In this document: positions 1 through 13,484 of the stretch, piece after piece
How positions within the stretch are numbered: the stretch's first letter is position 1
Layout: each line of letters opens with the position of its first letter
Assembly (NCBI GenBank): GCA_964016885.1
Contig: OZ024741.1
Location: forward strand, 223,758,001-223,822,000
From: Eledone cirrhosa
Lineage: Eukaryota
Reading direction: 5' to 3'
DNA: 64,000 bases
Translations under genes and position numbers: made by a program
Notes under the pieces: generated by a model
What the model saw: the letters and a program-made list of their open reading frames with translations, nothing else
Database searches by the model: none
Told to the model about the DNA's origin: nothing

Positions 1-445
1 TCGGGGGTTGCCATTCCTTCCAATCACTCCTTTCCTCCATGCCAGGTGGTCAGTGCCAACATGTGGATTGAAGTCTCCCATCAGGATATATGACTGTCTT
101 AACTACATCTAATGCTACACTAACTTCATCAAGGAAGGACCTGTATTCAGACTCCTTGTTTGGTGCATAAACTTGCACCACCCTCAGAGACCTATCTCTC
201 AGCCTAAACTTCTAATGGGATCCAGTCCATAACACATTGTGACAGCCGGGGGCTTGTGAGTATCCCCACTCCCACCTGCGCAGTCATTTCTGGTGACTCA
301 CCTGAATAGTGCAGTTTCCATCCTCCATCCCAATCTACAGTATCAAAGCCATGAAACTTTGAGGAAACGCTGACTATATCTAGTCGGGAGCATCTGGCTT
401 CTTCCACTAATTCCTACTCGTTACCTGTAAGAGTTATGATGTTCC
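1..445 (-). mobile_element. RTE-clade (Rex3/Expander-like) LINE, degenerate APE endonuclease N-terminal fragment
   Basis: Minus-strand translation gives RLDIVSVSS..GWKLHYSG..GVGILTSPRL, then VVQVYAPN..ILMGDFNPHVG. These are APE motifs; the frame is broken and the element runs off the window edge. Confidence 0.8.
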
Positions 446-2139
446 TTTCCGGACCCTCTTTAGAGTCTCTCAAAACACAATCTTTGTGTGTCCATCCCAC
501 ACCTCTCAGGACAGGTCGCAGTCCCATTGCTAGTTTTTGCAACATGATATGGAGACTGCAATATATTTTTCAAACATGCCCCTCTACCTAAGGCTTGGAC
601 GCATCTTTTGTTAACCCACACAAAGGACAATGCAGTATGGTTCTTTTTTGTTTTCCTCATTATATTGCAGTGTTGGTGGTCTTATTCACGCCAGTCGCCA
701 CTCTGGTGCTTTGTTGAACCCACGAAGACTAGGCATTTTTAAAGGAGCCTTTACTCGCCTCATCATAGCTACGTCACTGGGTTGTGAGAGTTTTTTCTTG
801 GGAACTACAGGTGTCACCCATTGCTCCATCTCCCTTAGTAGTTTACTGCTGATTGATCCAGGGTTGCTTATTTGTCTGGCAGTTGCTCACTTATATCGCA
901 ACTTTCCATCATATCTGGTGGTCATATTGCTATCCGCCACCTGTGACCCGTTCTGTAGCAGAAGAACTCTTTGGGGTCAATTTTTTCTCATTCTCTCTTT
1001 CTCTTCTCTAAAAGAAATTGGCTGTGTTAAGATCTGGAAAGAGGATGGGCTCAGTCAGGTTTAAAGTATGTCAAGATAGTGTCCCTACAACTCCTTCAAG
1101 AGTTACGGCAGCTCCATACATATATACTCATAATTTCTATGAAATCATGTACTTCGTGTTTTAATGTCTAACTTACACACTCACACTTATATGTGAATAT
1201 GCATTCATATATGCATATATATGTATATATGTGGATTTATCTATATGCATCTATAGTGATATTGGAATTATACTTCTTTCAGTAAGACACTTGTGAAGCA
1301 GTTGGAATTGGTATTCTGCCAAAGAAAACTATTCTGACTTTTCCTCATCCTCTTCATCCTGTTTTCCTCTAGCTCATCTTCCATTTCCTTCTCCTCCTCC
1401 TTCCCATCTATATTCTGCTGCAACTCATGGACTTGCACCTTTTTAAGAGGATTTACTCACGATTGCAATCTAAGACACACCATACAGAACAACAACACTA
1501 ACACCATCTTGCCAATTTTCATGTCTAAGCAATAATTCTGACTTCAGTATTGATTCAGATCATAGTATTAATGGCAACAAAGATTAAATTCTGATAGTCT
1601 TCTCCTCCATCATTCTCCTCTTCTTATTGGTAAAATGTCTGAATGGTATCATGGTAGAATGGTAAACTTTTAGAGAGTGATGCCATATAAAGTTGAGTGA
1701 TTTTTTTTTTTTTTTTTAGCATCAGTACACTATTGCTTTTTGGCATCAATTAAACATATGGCATTGTTCTCAGATTTTAACTGAATGTGAAGTAAAAGAC
1801 TATAAGAAGAAGATCTATATATATGATAATGGTCTCTTGCTATACTGACAGCCAATGAGGTCATTTGATCTGCTAGTTAAAGCAACTAAATCTCCCCTCA
1901 AATCACATCTATTTCCCTAACACATTTAGATCTGACAGCAGATACACACAATTTAAAAGAAACTCAAAACTGATACAGGGTAGAAATTACCTTTAAGTCC
2001 TGTCCGACAATGTCTTTCATGCTGGTGGCATGATAAATTGCAGCCAGTCCATGCTGCAAAGTGGTTAACGATAGGAAGGGTATCCAGTCAGAAAAACTAA
2101 GCCAAAAGTCTATAAACTCATATGATAACCCCTAATTGT

Positions 2140-2458
2140 GTATACAGGACTAGCATTAACATCTAGAAAGTTTCCCTCTGAGGCACAAGCCTGGGAAAGG
2201 TTTGTTTTGTGGAAGACCAGTAGTCGCCCATGCATATCATTCTCCCCTCTCCACGCCACCGATGTTGTCCAAGGGAAAGGCAATGACCGATACAGCTTGG
2301 CACCAGTGGTGTCACAACTCATTTCTACAGCTGAGTAAACTGGAGCAACATGAAATAAAGTGTCTTGCTCAAGGACACAACGCATCACCCGGTTCAAGAA
2401 TTGAACTCACAACCTCTCAATTGCAAGCCCAATGCTCTAACCACTAAGCCATGCGCCT
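2140..2458 (-). mobile_element. tRNA-derived SINE (shared head/core, tail type c)
   Basis: A-box TGGCTTAGTGG, B-box-like GTTCAATTC, core GTGTCCTTGAGCAAGACACTTTATTTCA..CTCAGCTG; same head as the copies at 26857 and 39357. Confidence 0.8.
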
Positions 2459-3580
2459 TTATGTTTGTATGTGTGGGGGATATTTATGTATTAAAAAGTT
2501 CAAATTATAAAAATTTGTTGGGAATGTTCACAGGGGAACGCATAAATAACACTCATGGCTAGGTAGTAAATGTAGGAAAACTATTTCATTGTACAATAAT
2601 CACGCTAGATATTTATGTAAAATTTGAAGTTGGTGAAAATCATCAAAATATTGACCTTGAATATAGGCCAACACCCATTTTACCACTGATTTCTCTTTTT
2701 TTTTGTCTTATATTTCTTGGCTTATATATGAGTATATATGGTACTTTCAAATTATTCTAAGTCTTTGACTCCTGAATTTTAATTGTATTCCTCTACCTCT
2801 CCAGGTTTCTAGTGCATCAACCATTTCTATTCAGATACCAACTAAGTTTGTTCCAAAGTATATTAATCATATGTTTAAAACCTCTATAGTGTAAAATATA
2901 ACTTGATCAAACAATATGAGTAGCAAACTGGGTGGCTAATTTCAACCAAACGAGTCTCTGCTATAATAAATGTTATACTCTATCATTATCACAGCTTGAT
3001 AGAAAATATTTTTTGATAGAAAATATTTTCCCAATTTCATTCAGTAGCAAGACTAGAAATGTATTAAACATAAAAATATACTTATTTATAACTCAGCATG
3101 AATATTTGAAAGAATTCAGAGTTAAAAGTTATGTATGGTTGTGTGTTTACAAATTTTACTTCACAACCTTTGTTAGTATGGAAAATGGACATTAAATGGC
3201 AATGAGAATAATTTATGTTCATTCTGTGTTCAACACCACTGCACAGTGTCTAGGGAAAATGTCTTCTACTGAAGCTGCAGATTGAACAATGTCTTGTGAG
3301 TGAAATTTGGTAGACCAGAACTATACAGAAGTCCACCATTATATATATATATATATAGATGCACCATGCTGCACATGACAGCCCCCTCCCCATATATTTA
3401 TATATGTTATTAAGTGGTAGTGCTGGTGCCATGGACCCATGCTAGCATGGAAAAATGGACGTTAGATGGTGATGATGATGATGATGATAGAGGGTTCAAA
3501 TGTTGTGTATTTGGGTTTATGCTTATCTGAAGTGTCCAGTTGCGCTCCTTTCTGTCAAAAAATGTAACATGGTGATTTAA

Positions 3581-4088
3581 CCCTTTAGCATTTACATTAC
3601 TCTATATATACTACTGTATTTTTGTGGTAAAGGCTTTACCTCTCATAATTATCTCATAATATCAAATCTATGAGATTTTGATATTATTTATTTTGAGAAC
3701 AATACCTTAATGTCAGTATCATCATCATCATCATCATCAACGTTTAACGTCCGTGTTCCACGCTTGCATGGGTTTGGACGGGGGTATTCCCACTTGAGGC
3801 AAGAGTGATTGTCTTGCTCGCATAGGACTGTCTGGCAGGTTTTCTACAGTTGGATGCCCTTCCTAACACCAACCACATTTACAGTGTGGGACTGGGAGGT
3901 TTTTACCATGTTACCTACACGGCCACATTACAGCGTGGACTGTGTGTTTTTTGTCGTGACACCTACACGATCTCATTTGTTTCGGCCTGGATTATGCATG
4001 GCTAATTACAGCCGGTTTGAACAGAAAGAAGTGAGAGAATTCTGAACGGAAAGAGGTGAGAGATATGGCCGGTTTAAATGCTAAAGGG
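3581..4088. mobile_element. piggyBac-like MITE interrupted by an RTE 3' fragment
   Basis: TIRs CCCTTTAGCATTTA / TAAATGCTAAAGGG, flanked by TTAA on the left and CTAA on the right. Confidence 0.65.
3718..3992 (-). mobile_element. RTE LINE 3' UTR fragment with (GAT)n tail
   Basis: Reverse complement of the 19400-19668 3' UTR; (ATC)n at the left end. Confidence 0.9.
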
Positions 4089-4227
4089 CTAACAGAGGAT
4101 GATAAAATAAGTACCTGACTTTAAATTATAAACACTGGAGTTGATTGTATACTCTGTATGTAACTAGTCAACATGTACACATTTTATAACCAATTGCCAT
4201 ATATATATTATGTATAACCAGACAACT

Positions 4228-5105
4228 CTGTATCTATCCTGTCAACATCTATAGATTATGTATATTTAATCAATATCTACTGTGTCTATCCTGTCAACAT
4301 CTATAGATTATGTATATTTAATCAATATCTACAGTGTCTATCCTGTCAACATCTATAGATTATGTATATTTAATCAATATCTACACAGTGTCTATACTGT
4401 CAACATCTATAGATTATGTATATTTAATCAATATCTACACAGTGTCTATACTGTCAACATCTATAGATTATGTATATTTAATCAATATCTACAGTCAGTA
4501 GGCACCTCTTAACCAAATATACACCCCAATCCACTACCCATACCCTATCCTCCCATTCCCACTAACACCACCCTCTCTCTGTAAAGTTGGTACCACAACA
4601 TCCAGTCCAAATAAATGAGATAATGAGATCGAGATCGTGTAGGTGTCACGACAAAAGAAAAACACACAGTCCACGCTGTAATGTGGCCGTGTAGGTAACA
4701 CGGTAAAAAGTTCCCAGTCCACACTGTAAATGTGGTTGGTGTTAAGAAGGGCATCCAGCCATAGAAAACCTGCCAGATAGTCCTGTACAAGCGAGACATG
4801 GTCACCCGACCAACCTTGCCTCAAGTGGGACAACTGCCGTCTAACCCATGCTAGCGTGGAAGATGGACGTTAATCGATGATGAGGATGATGATGATCTAC
4901 AGTGTCTACACCATCAACATCTATAGATTATGTATATTTAATCAATATCTACAGTGTCTATACTGTCAACATCTATAGATTATGTATATTTAATCAATAT
5001 CTACAGTGTCTATACTGTCAACATCTATAGATTATGTATATTTAATCAATATCTACAGTGTCTATACTGTCAACATCTATAGATTATGTATATTTAATCA
5101 ATATC
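4228..5105. repeat. 52-54 bp minisatellite interrupted by an RTE 3' UTR
   Basis: GTCAACATCTATAGATTATGTATATTTAATCAATATCTAC recurs at 4241, 4293, 4345, 4399 and again after 4900. Confidence 0.95.
4489..4896 (+). mobile_element. RTE LINE 3' UTR, 5'-truncated
   Basis: Matches 19298-19668 (CTACAGTCAGTAGGCACCTCT..GGACGTTAA..GATGATG). Confidence 0.9.
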
Positions 5106-5275
5106 TCAGTATACTCAGCTGAAAATGAGTACCAGCAATAGCTGGGGGTTTAACCCTGCGATGGACTGGCGTCATGTCCAGGGGAGAGTCTTGTACTCTC
5201 AGTCACTTCATGCTATGAAACCGGGATAAGCACCGGCCAAATGAGCCTTCTGGCTTAAGACAGTCTGTAAACTTA
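5105..5275 (+). mobile_element. SINE 3' fragment with V-SINE-like domain
   Basis: CCCTGCGATGGACTGGCGTCATGTCCAGGG; matches 30405-30570. Confidence 0.75.
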
Positions 5276-5339
5276 GAATTATTATCTACAGTGTCTATCT
5301 AGCAGACATCTACATAGTATGTATATCCAGTTGACAACT

Positions 5340-6020
5340 ACACTCTGTGTCAATCTAGTCAACATCCACCCTCTGTGTCAATCTAGTCAACATCTACCCG
5401 CTGTGTCAATTTAGTCAACATCCACCCTCTGTGTCAATCTAGTCAACATCTACCCTGTGTCAATCTAATCAACATCTATCCTGTGTCAATCTAGTCAACA
5501 TCTACCCTCTGTGTCAATCCAGTCAACATCTACACTCTGTGTCAATCTAGTCAACATCTACCCTGTGTCAATCCAGTCAACATCTACCCTGTGTCAATCT
5601 AGTCAGCATCTAGCCTGTGTCAATCTAATCAACATCTACTCTCTGTGTCAATCTAGTCAACATCTATCCTGTGTCAATCTAGTTAATATCTATACTCTGT
5701 GTCAATCTAGTCAACATCTACACCTTGTGTCAAGTTAGTCAACATCTACCCTGTGTCAATCTAGTCAACATCTATGTGCAGTTTCTATCCAGTCAACATT
5801 TACACATTTTTTCTAAACATCTATACACAGTATTGATTTAGTCAAATTTACAAGCTCTGTCTATTTAGTCAACATCTACACACTGTCAATTTTGTCAACA
5901 TCTACATATTATGTTTATCTATCTAGTTAACATCTACACCCTGTGTTTATCCAGTCAACATCTACTCACTGCATCTATCTAGTCAACATTCACACACTGT
6001 GTGTCTAGTCAACATCTACA
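5340..6020. repeat. 26-28 bp minisatellite
   Basis: Tandem GTGTCAATCTAGTCAACATCTACCCT(CT), decaying to the right. Confidence 0.95.
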
Positions 6021-6719
6021 CACTCTATTTAATAAGTGAAACACAAACTATTTGTTGGCTTCATACAGTTTCTGAATAAAATTTCCCAACATTGTTATCA
6101 AACAATAGTCAAATGTGAAGATATTGCTTAGCTTCAATACTTCCTGTGAATAGCTACACACAGTATTGATTTAGCCCGTCCCTATATTTGGTTATCTCTC
6201 TAGTCAACAACAGCACACTGTGTAAATCCATTGACATCTACACTGTATGTTTGTTGAGTTATATTAATTGAGGCATGCTTTATTCAGATATTCAAGATAT
6301 TATTTCTAAACCTAATTAAAACAACACAATATGAGCTGACAGTTCTCTTGGGCTTAATATTCAAGTCTTCATTCCAGTAAATCCATCTTTCTGCTCCAGA
6401 TAACAGTGATTTCATTTCAAATATGGAGAAATTAAGATAGAAGGAACATCTGAGACAACTTCACATTCATAAGAAAATTGCCTGAAGACAGAAATAAGGA
6501 GCATGGAAAAGGAGTTTGAAATTTTAAACTGAGTGTGTGTGTGTCATTATCAGTGGTGGCTGCGCCATTTCATGTTAGCTTTTCCATACTGGTTGGACAA
6601 AAAGCAAAAAGACAAAGGTTTGTACATATTTTGCGATATATGGATTAGAGGTTCGAGGTATTCCAAATTACACGTATTCTATGACATGAGGATCAGAGGT
6701 AAGAGCTCTTCCAAAATAC

Positions 6720-7040
6720 AATGAGCATGCTTCATTGGATGTGCAATGTTAATGTATGTGAAAGACAAAGCATGGATGAACTGAGAAAAAAAATCTAGGT
6801 ATAGTATGCAATGGAGAAGACTGGGTTGATATGGAATTGTGATGTGTATGGATGAAGTGCCAAGAAATCCCAGTGGAAGGAAATATCAGTTGAGAAAGAC
6901 CCAGGCAGAGGTGGTGAGAGCTGATCTCAAATCGCTGAAGCTCACAAAGGAGATGACAATGGAAAGCAATGAATGGAGGGATGCTGTGCTGAAAAACACC
7001 CATCCAACCCATGCAAGCAAGAGAAAGCTGATGTAAAATG
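6720..7040 (+). mobile_element. Old degenerate RTE C-terminus and tail
   Basis: RKTQAEVVRADLKSLKLTKEMT..WRDAV followed by CCCATGCAAGC..GATGTAAAATG. Confidence 0.7.
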
Positions 7041-7784
7041 GTGATAATTATGTGTTAAAGAAAACCAAAATACATTTGAGAAGTGCATTTGAAATCATAG
7101 CAGTGCAATTACCCCCACTGAAGCTAAAAAGAAAGAGAGAGATGTGGCTCGTTTCAACTTATTACTCCAGACTAATACCAAAGTAATTAAACAAAGTTAA
7201 ATAGTGTACTAAGTTCCTATTTGTGAACTTTAAAACCAAGTTTTGATAGCTATTTTACTGTATCATTATCATTCCATCAGTGGTCGATAGTGTAAAAATA
7301 GACACACATGTACACCAGCTCCGAACACAGAGGAGCCAAACTCCCACTGTCATTGCCTCCGTCTCTCTCGCCCTCCCCATCTCTCACTATTATGAGCAAA
7401 TGGGGTCTCACATTCTGGCCACTCCACGGCTTCGGCGGACAGAATAGAGAAGACATTTCCAAGGAGGATGGTAAGGGAGATGCGCTAGAAAAGCCATTCC
7501 ATCTCACGAGGCTCACACCTGCGAGTAGCCAACTCAGCGCCTATGGTGGTGAGTAGGGAGGTAGCCCTAGGGCCAAGGACACCAGAAGTCTCCTTGAGGA
7601 AAGTACAGTGTAGATATTATAGGTTATAATGCCCAACAGTCAAGCTTAGACTGTTTCAATATGAAGTGGTCTAAACTTGACTGTCAAGCATTATATCATT
7701 GCCATGCAATCTTATGATAATAGTTCAAAATCCTAACTTGAAACATTGATGTAAAAATATTGTTTCCTTGATTCATGGTGACAG

Positions 7785-9010
7785 TTTATGTTGTGTGTGC
7801 ATGTGACAGTGTCTGTGACTGTGACTGTATATGTGTGTGTGTGATTGGATTGTGTGTGTGATTGCATGTGTGTGCATGTGAAATTGCATGACAGTGAGAC
7901 TGCATGTGTATATGTTGTGTGTGTGTATGTGAAATTGCATGTGTGTGTGTATGTGAAATTGCGTGTGTGTGTGTATATATGTGAAATTGCATGTATGTGT
8001 GTGTTATTCTGTTTCAGCCCCTACAACTACCCTGGTCAGTCAGTTCTCCACCTCTCTCTCTCTCTCTCTCTATGTCTTCTATTCCACATCTTTTATCAAT
8101 TTTCCTCACCATCTACTCCCACCACTTCCTCCACCCCTACCCCCACCAATCCCCACCCAATGTTGTCTGCACAATTTTTTATATTGTTCTTTAGATTTTT
8201 ATCATTTATTGATGTTTCTTTCTTTATTTATTTTGTTTGTTGTAGTTATTTTATCATTTTTTGTTGTATTTATTTTATTATTATTTATTATTTTTTGTAT
8301 TTATTTTATTCTTTTTTATTATTTTTTGTTCATTGTATTTATTTTATTATTATTTATTTATTTTTATTTTTTGTATCTATTTTATTATTTATTATTTTTT
8401 GTTCGTTGTATTTATTTCGTTATTTTTGCTCGTCTATTTTTGTTATTTTGTTGTTGGGTTGTTTGTATTTATTTTATTTGTTATATATTTTATTCTTATT
8501 TATCTTGTTATTTTTCTTATTATTTATCTTTTTTATTGTTTATATTTTGCTTTGTTCCTTTTAACTGCCTTCACCGCCCTCCCTCACTCCCACTGCTCTT
8601 CACTGCACACACACACACACACACACACACTCAAATATATATACACACACATGCACACACTCTCTCACACACAGACATACTCTCACACATACACACACAT
8701 ACTTTCTCACACACACATACACCCAGACTCACTCACATACTCTCACGTATACACATACTGTCACACACACACTCGCTCACATTCACACACACACACACAC
8801 ACATACTCTCTCTCACACACACACACACACAAATCTGCGTACACTCACTCACATTCACACATACATACACACACACCATTTCCACCATTCAATTTACTGT
8901 CCTCTTTCTTCCCTTTTCATATCATCTGTTGTTGTTTGTTTGTTTGTTCCTCACCACCAACACCACCCACCACCACTACCACCAACACCACCCACCACCC
9001 ACCACCACTC
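7785..9010. repeat. Compound low-complexity block (TG/CATG, CT, T-rich, CA, CCA)
   Basis: Directly visible simple repeats. Confidence 0.9.
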
Positions 9011-9309
9011 CATTTTCACACTTCTTCCTTTCATTTATCATTTAGCTAATTACAACAAATATAGAAAGAAAGAAAACAAACAAAACAAAATGGTGGTGGA
9101 GTGAGGGTGAGGAGAAATTAGAAATTTACTGAAATATTTCAAATTAAAAAAAAATACAGTGGTTTTAATTTTTTAAATTATTTAAAATTATGTATTTCAT
9201 TTGATACTGAAAAAAAGGACCATAAACTTTACCATCTGTTGTGTACTCAATACCTGGTGATTTGAAATGCATTAATTTCCAACAAATATCAATTGATTCA
9301 AAACAAACC

Positions 9310-9962
9310 AGTGCAGCTTGTAATAGGGTCAGGCCAGATGTGAAATGTAGGCATCCGTAATCTGTAATAGACCCAGGCCAGATGTGTAAATGTAGGCTTC
9401 CAGAGTTGGTAATAGACTGAAGCCAGGTGTTCAAATGTAGGTCTGCAAAGTTGGTAATAGATGTAGACTTCCAAGGTTAGTAAACCCAGGCCAAACGTAA
9501 AATATAGGCTTCCAAAGTTAATGAGAGAACTAGGCTTGATGTAAAATATAGGCATCCAGAGTGGGTAATAGAACCAAAGCCAGATGTGAAATGTAGGCCT
9601 CTAGAGTTGATAATAGACCTAGGCCTGATGTAAAATATAGGCCTCCAGAGTTGGTTAATAGACCCAAGCCAGATGTGAAATATAGGCCTCCGGAGTTGGT
9701 AATAGACCAAAGCCAGATGTGAAATATAGGCCTCCGGAGTTGGTAATAGACCCAAGCCAGATGTGAAATATAGGCCTCCGGAGTTGGTAATAGACCAAAG
9801 CCAGATGTGAAATATAGGCCTCCGGAGTTGGTAACAGACCCAGGCCTAATGTAAAATGTAGGCCTCCAGATTTGGTAATAATAGTCTGAAGCCAGATGTG
9901 GTAATAGACCCAGGCCAGATGTGAAATATAGGCATCCAAAGTTGGCTTGATGTAAAAATGTA
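9310..9962. repeat. 44-bp minisatellite
   Basis: CGGAGTTGGTAATAGACC(C/A)AAGCCAGATGTGAAATATAGGCCTC starts at 9691, 9735 and 9779; flanking copies are diverged. Confidence 0.95.
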
Positions 9963-10476
9963 GGGCCCCAATCTAAAGGAGATTTTTTTACTTTACTTTT
10001 GCAATGAACACATTTCATCAAGGTTTTGTGAGCTGATGAGTGACACAATTCTACAGGAATTTGCTGAGAAATAAATAAAAAGTGAATATAACAGCTTTTG
10101 TGAGTGTTTAAAATAGCTCTACCACAAAAGAAATATTTTCATTATAATTGTATAATTGTGAAATATTTATTACTATAATTGTACATATGAGACCATACTA
10201 TAGCCTCAGCTGACCAAGCTTTGAAAGTAAATATGATGACAAGTTTGAAGCTGTGTGTATAACAAGTGTGATGGAATTTGGCAAAGTAAAGTGAAGGAGA
10301 CAAGAGATTGAAGTCATCACAGTGAAATGGATTTAACAATATAAGGGGGTGAGGTGGCAGTAATCTCAAAGTGAAGAGTGGGGAGTAGACAATGAATGGG
10401 TCAGAACAGGCCATGTCACATCTGCACAGAAGATACATTAAATGAGATGGGGGTAGCAGATACTATATCAGAAATG

Positions 10477-10520
<44 letters not shown>

Positions 10521-10599
10521 AGTCCTGGGTTAAATCGGGGGTAACCACAGCAAGTAAGATAGTTAATACATTAGTAGAATGTAAAATCAAATTTTATAT

Positions 10600-10715
10600 A
10601 AAAGTAGCTTCTACAAGACTAGAACTGTTTTATTTGAAGGAAATCATCAGGAAGGCCCAGCTTTCCTGATAATTTCCTTTGAATAAAACAGTTCTAATCC
10701 TGTAGAAGCCATTTA
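10600..10715. mobile_element. Short fold-back element with degenerate hammerhead-like core
   Basis: Arms 10607-10655 and 10661-10709 are inverted. CTGATGA lies on the minus strand of the left arm and CTGATAA on the plus strand of the right arm; abuts (TA)n. Confidence 0.55.
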
Positions 10716-10766
10716 TATATATATATATATATATGTGTATATATATATGTGTATATATATATATAA

Positions 10767-10930
10767 TCATCATCATCATCGTTTAACATCTATCTTCCAC
10801 GCTAGCATGGGTTAGACGAGAGTTTTTCCACTTGAGGCAAGGTTGGTTGGGTGACCGTGTCTCGCTCATATAGGACTATCTGGCAGGTTTTCTATGGCTG
10901 GATGCCCTTCCTAACACCAACCACATTTAC
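10767..10930 (-). mobile_element. RTE 3' tail fragment in (TA)n
   Basis: (ATC)n..GGATGCCCTTCCTAACACCAACCACATTTACA. Confidence 0.9.
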
Positions 10931-11284
10931 ATATATATATATGTATACACATACGCACACAAACCTTACCTGACACCAGGAAAAAGAATTAGCTTCAGAA
11001 CCTAATACGCAGGTGCAATTAAAGATCAGAGAAAAATGAAACAACAAAAACAATGAAAGGAGAGAAGCCAGGATAAATGGGAGGTGAATGATACATTGAT
11101 GCCTTTTTCTTCTCCTCCCCCATCTTTCCTCTCAGAAAGCAATCAAGCATACTTTGAATAACAACCACAACAACAACAAAAATAAATAAACACCAGTACA
11201 ACAAATATAAAATACAAAAAAGCAACAGCCACAAGGACAATAGCCTCAACAATAAGCAAAACAACAACAATTACCACCAAGCCA

Positions 11285-11468
11285 TAATTGTTTCTACATT
11301 TAGCACCATTACCCCAGTTCATTACTGGTACTCTATTTTATTGACCCTGTAAGAATAAAAGACAAATCTAACCTTGGCTGGATTTGAACTCAGAACGCAA
11401 AGGGCCATAACTCTATGCTGCAAAGCATGGTGCCTGACGCTCTACCGATTACTGCCAACACCCTGCAG
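11285..11468 (-). mobile_element. tRNA-derived SINE family 2 ((AAT)n tail)
   Basis: Same family as 29952-30118 and 48070-48970 (B-box GAGTTCAAATCC, AGTACCAGTAATG). Confidence 0.8.
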
Positions 11469-11499
11469 TCATAATGCCAACACAAGTGTATATGTTGTC

Positions 11500-11772
11500 T
11501 AATGTCAACATCAACATCATCACTATCATCATCACCATTAACATCATCATCACCATCATCATCGCCATCATCATCATCAACATCATTACCAACATCATTA
11601 TCAACATCATCATTATCAACATGATCATCATCATCATCATCATCATCAACATCATTATCAACATCATCGTCATCATTAACACAGCCATCATTCCAATCTA
11701 TTGTCATCTTCTATTGTTAACACCACCACCACCACCACCACCATTTTAATGTTTACTCCTCTCTCTCTCTCA

Positions 11773-11814
<42 letters not shown>

Positions 11815-11850
11815 CTATCTATCTATCTATCTATCTCTATCTCTCTTTAT
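11500..11850. repeat. (ATC)n, (CCA)n and (CT)n microsatellites
   Basis: Directly visible. Confidence 0.95.
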
Positions 11851-11954
11851 TCTTTCTATCATTTTTTTTTTCATCCTTTAATTTTTATTTGTATTTCATT
11901 TTTTTTTTATGTATTTGTTTGGTTTGCTCATTATTAGATTACTAGGATGATTGG

Positions 11955-13340
11955 ATGGCGGTGGGGAGTGTGGTGGTGTAGTGGAGTGTGGTGGTGTGGT
12001 GGTGTAGTGGAGTGTGGTGGTATAGTGGAGTGAGGTGGTGTGGTGGTGTAGTGGAGTGTGGTGGTATAGTGGAGTGAGGTGGTGTGGTGGAGTGGAGTGT
12101 GGTGGTGTAGTGGAGTGTGGTGGTATAGTGGAGTGAGGTGGTGTGGTGGAGTGGTGGTGTAGTGGAGTGTGGTGGTGTGGTGGTGTAGTGGAGTGTATTG
12201 GTGTAGTGGAGTGTGGTGGTGTAGTGGAGTGTGGTGGTGTGGTGGTGTAGTGGAGTGAGGTAGTGTGGTGGTGTAGTGGAGTGTGGTGGTGTGGTGGTGT
12301 AGTGGAGTGTATTGGTGTAGTGGAGTGTGGTGGTGTAGTGGAGTGAGGTGGTGTAGTGGAGTGAGGTGGTGTAGTGGAGTGTGGTGGTGTAGTGGAGTGT
12401 GGTGGTGAAGTGTAGTGTGGTGGTGTAGTGGAGTGAGGTGGTGTAGTGGAGTGAGGTGGTGAAGTGGAGTGTGGTGGTGTAGTGGAGTGAGGTGGTGTAG
12501 TGGAGTGTGGTGGTGCAGTGGAGTGTGGTGGTGAAGTGTAGTGTGGTGGTGTAGTGGAGTGTGGTGGTGTAGTGGAGTGAGGTGGTGTAGTGGAGTGAGG
12601 TGAAGTGGAGTGTGGTGGTGTAGTGGAGTGAGATGGTGTAGTGGAGTGAGGTGGTGTAGTGGAGTGTGGTGGTGCAGTGGAGTGTGGTGGTGAAGTGGAG
12701 TGTATTGGTGTAGTGGAGTGTGGTGGTGTAGTGGAGTGTGGTGGTGTAGTGGAGTGTGGTGGTGCAGTGGAGTGAGGTGGTGAAGTGGAGTGTGGTGGTG
12801 AAGTGGAGTGTGGTGGTGAAGTGTAGTGTGGTGGTGTAGTGGAGTGTGGTGGTGTAGTGGAGTGATGTGGTGTAGTGGAGTGAGGTGGTGTAGTGGAGTG
12901 TGGTGGTGTAGTGGAGTGAGATGGTGTAGTGGAGTGAGGTGGTGTAGTGGAGTGAGGTGGTGTAGTGGAGTGAGGTAGTGGAGTGTGGTGGTGTAGTGGA
13001 GTGAGATGGTGTAGTGGAGTGAGGTGGTGTAGTGGAGTGAGATGGTGTAGTGGAGTGAGGTGGTGTAGTGGAGTGAGGTGGTGTAGTGGAGTGAGGTAGT
13101 GAAGTGTGGTGGTGTAGTGGAGTGAGATGGTGTAGTGGAGTGAGGTGGTGTAGTGGAGTGAGGTGGTGTAGTGGAGTGAGGTAGTGGAGTGTGGTGGTGT
13201 AGTGGAGTGTATTGGTGAAGTGGAGTGTGGTGGTGCAGTGGAGTGAGGTGGTGAAGTGGAGTGAGGTGGTGAAGTGGAGTGTGGTGGTGAAGTGGAGTGA
13301 GGTGGTGAAGTGGAGTCGGGTGGTGGAGTGAGGTGGGGAG
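11955..13340. repeat. G-rich ~18-bp tandem repeat
   Basis: Unit GGTGGTGTAGTGGAGTG(T/A) repeated over ~1.4 kb. Confidence 0.95.
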
Positions 13341-13484
13341 ACCGAGAATCAGCTGGTGGACTCCTCCGCCCCTCCCCGCCGGTAGTGATGTGGTGGGGGG
13401 TGAGGAGTGTGATGTTTTTATTGTTTGCTGTTTATGTTAGAAATTTGTTTTTTCTTTTTATCTGATAGTTTTATTTCATAGTTG

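Noticed and set aside
7400-7460. HDV-like ribozyme
   Set aside because: P2/P3-like pairings are present but there is no P1 partner or P4/J4-2 in the required order.
9310-9962. CRISPR-like regular repeats (also 4228-6020 and 40224-40842)
   Set aside because: Contiguous tandem units without unique spacers, no cas genes, eukaryotic context.
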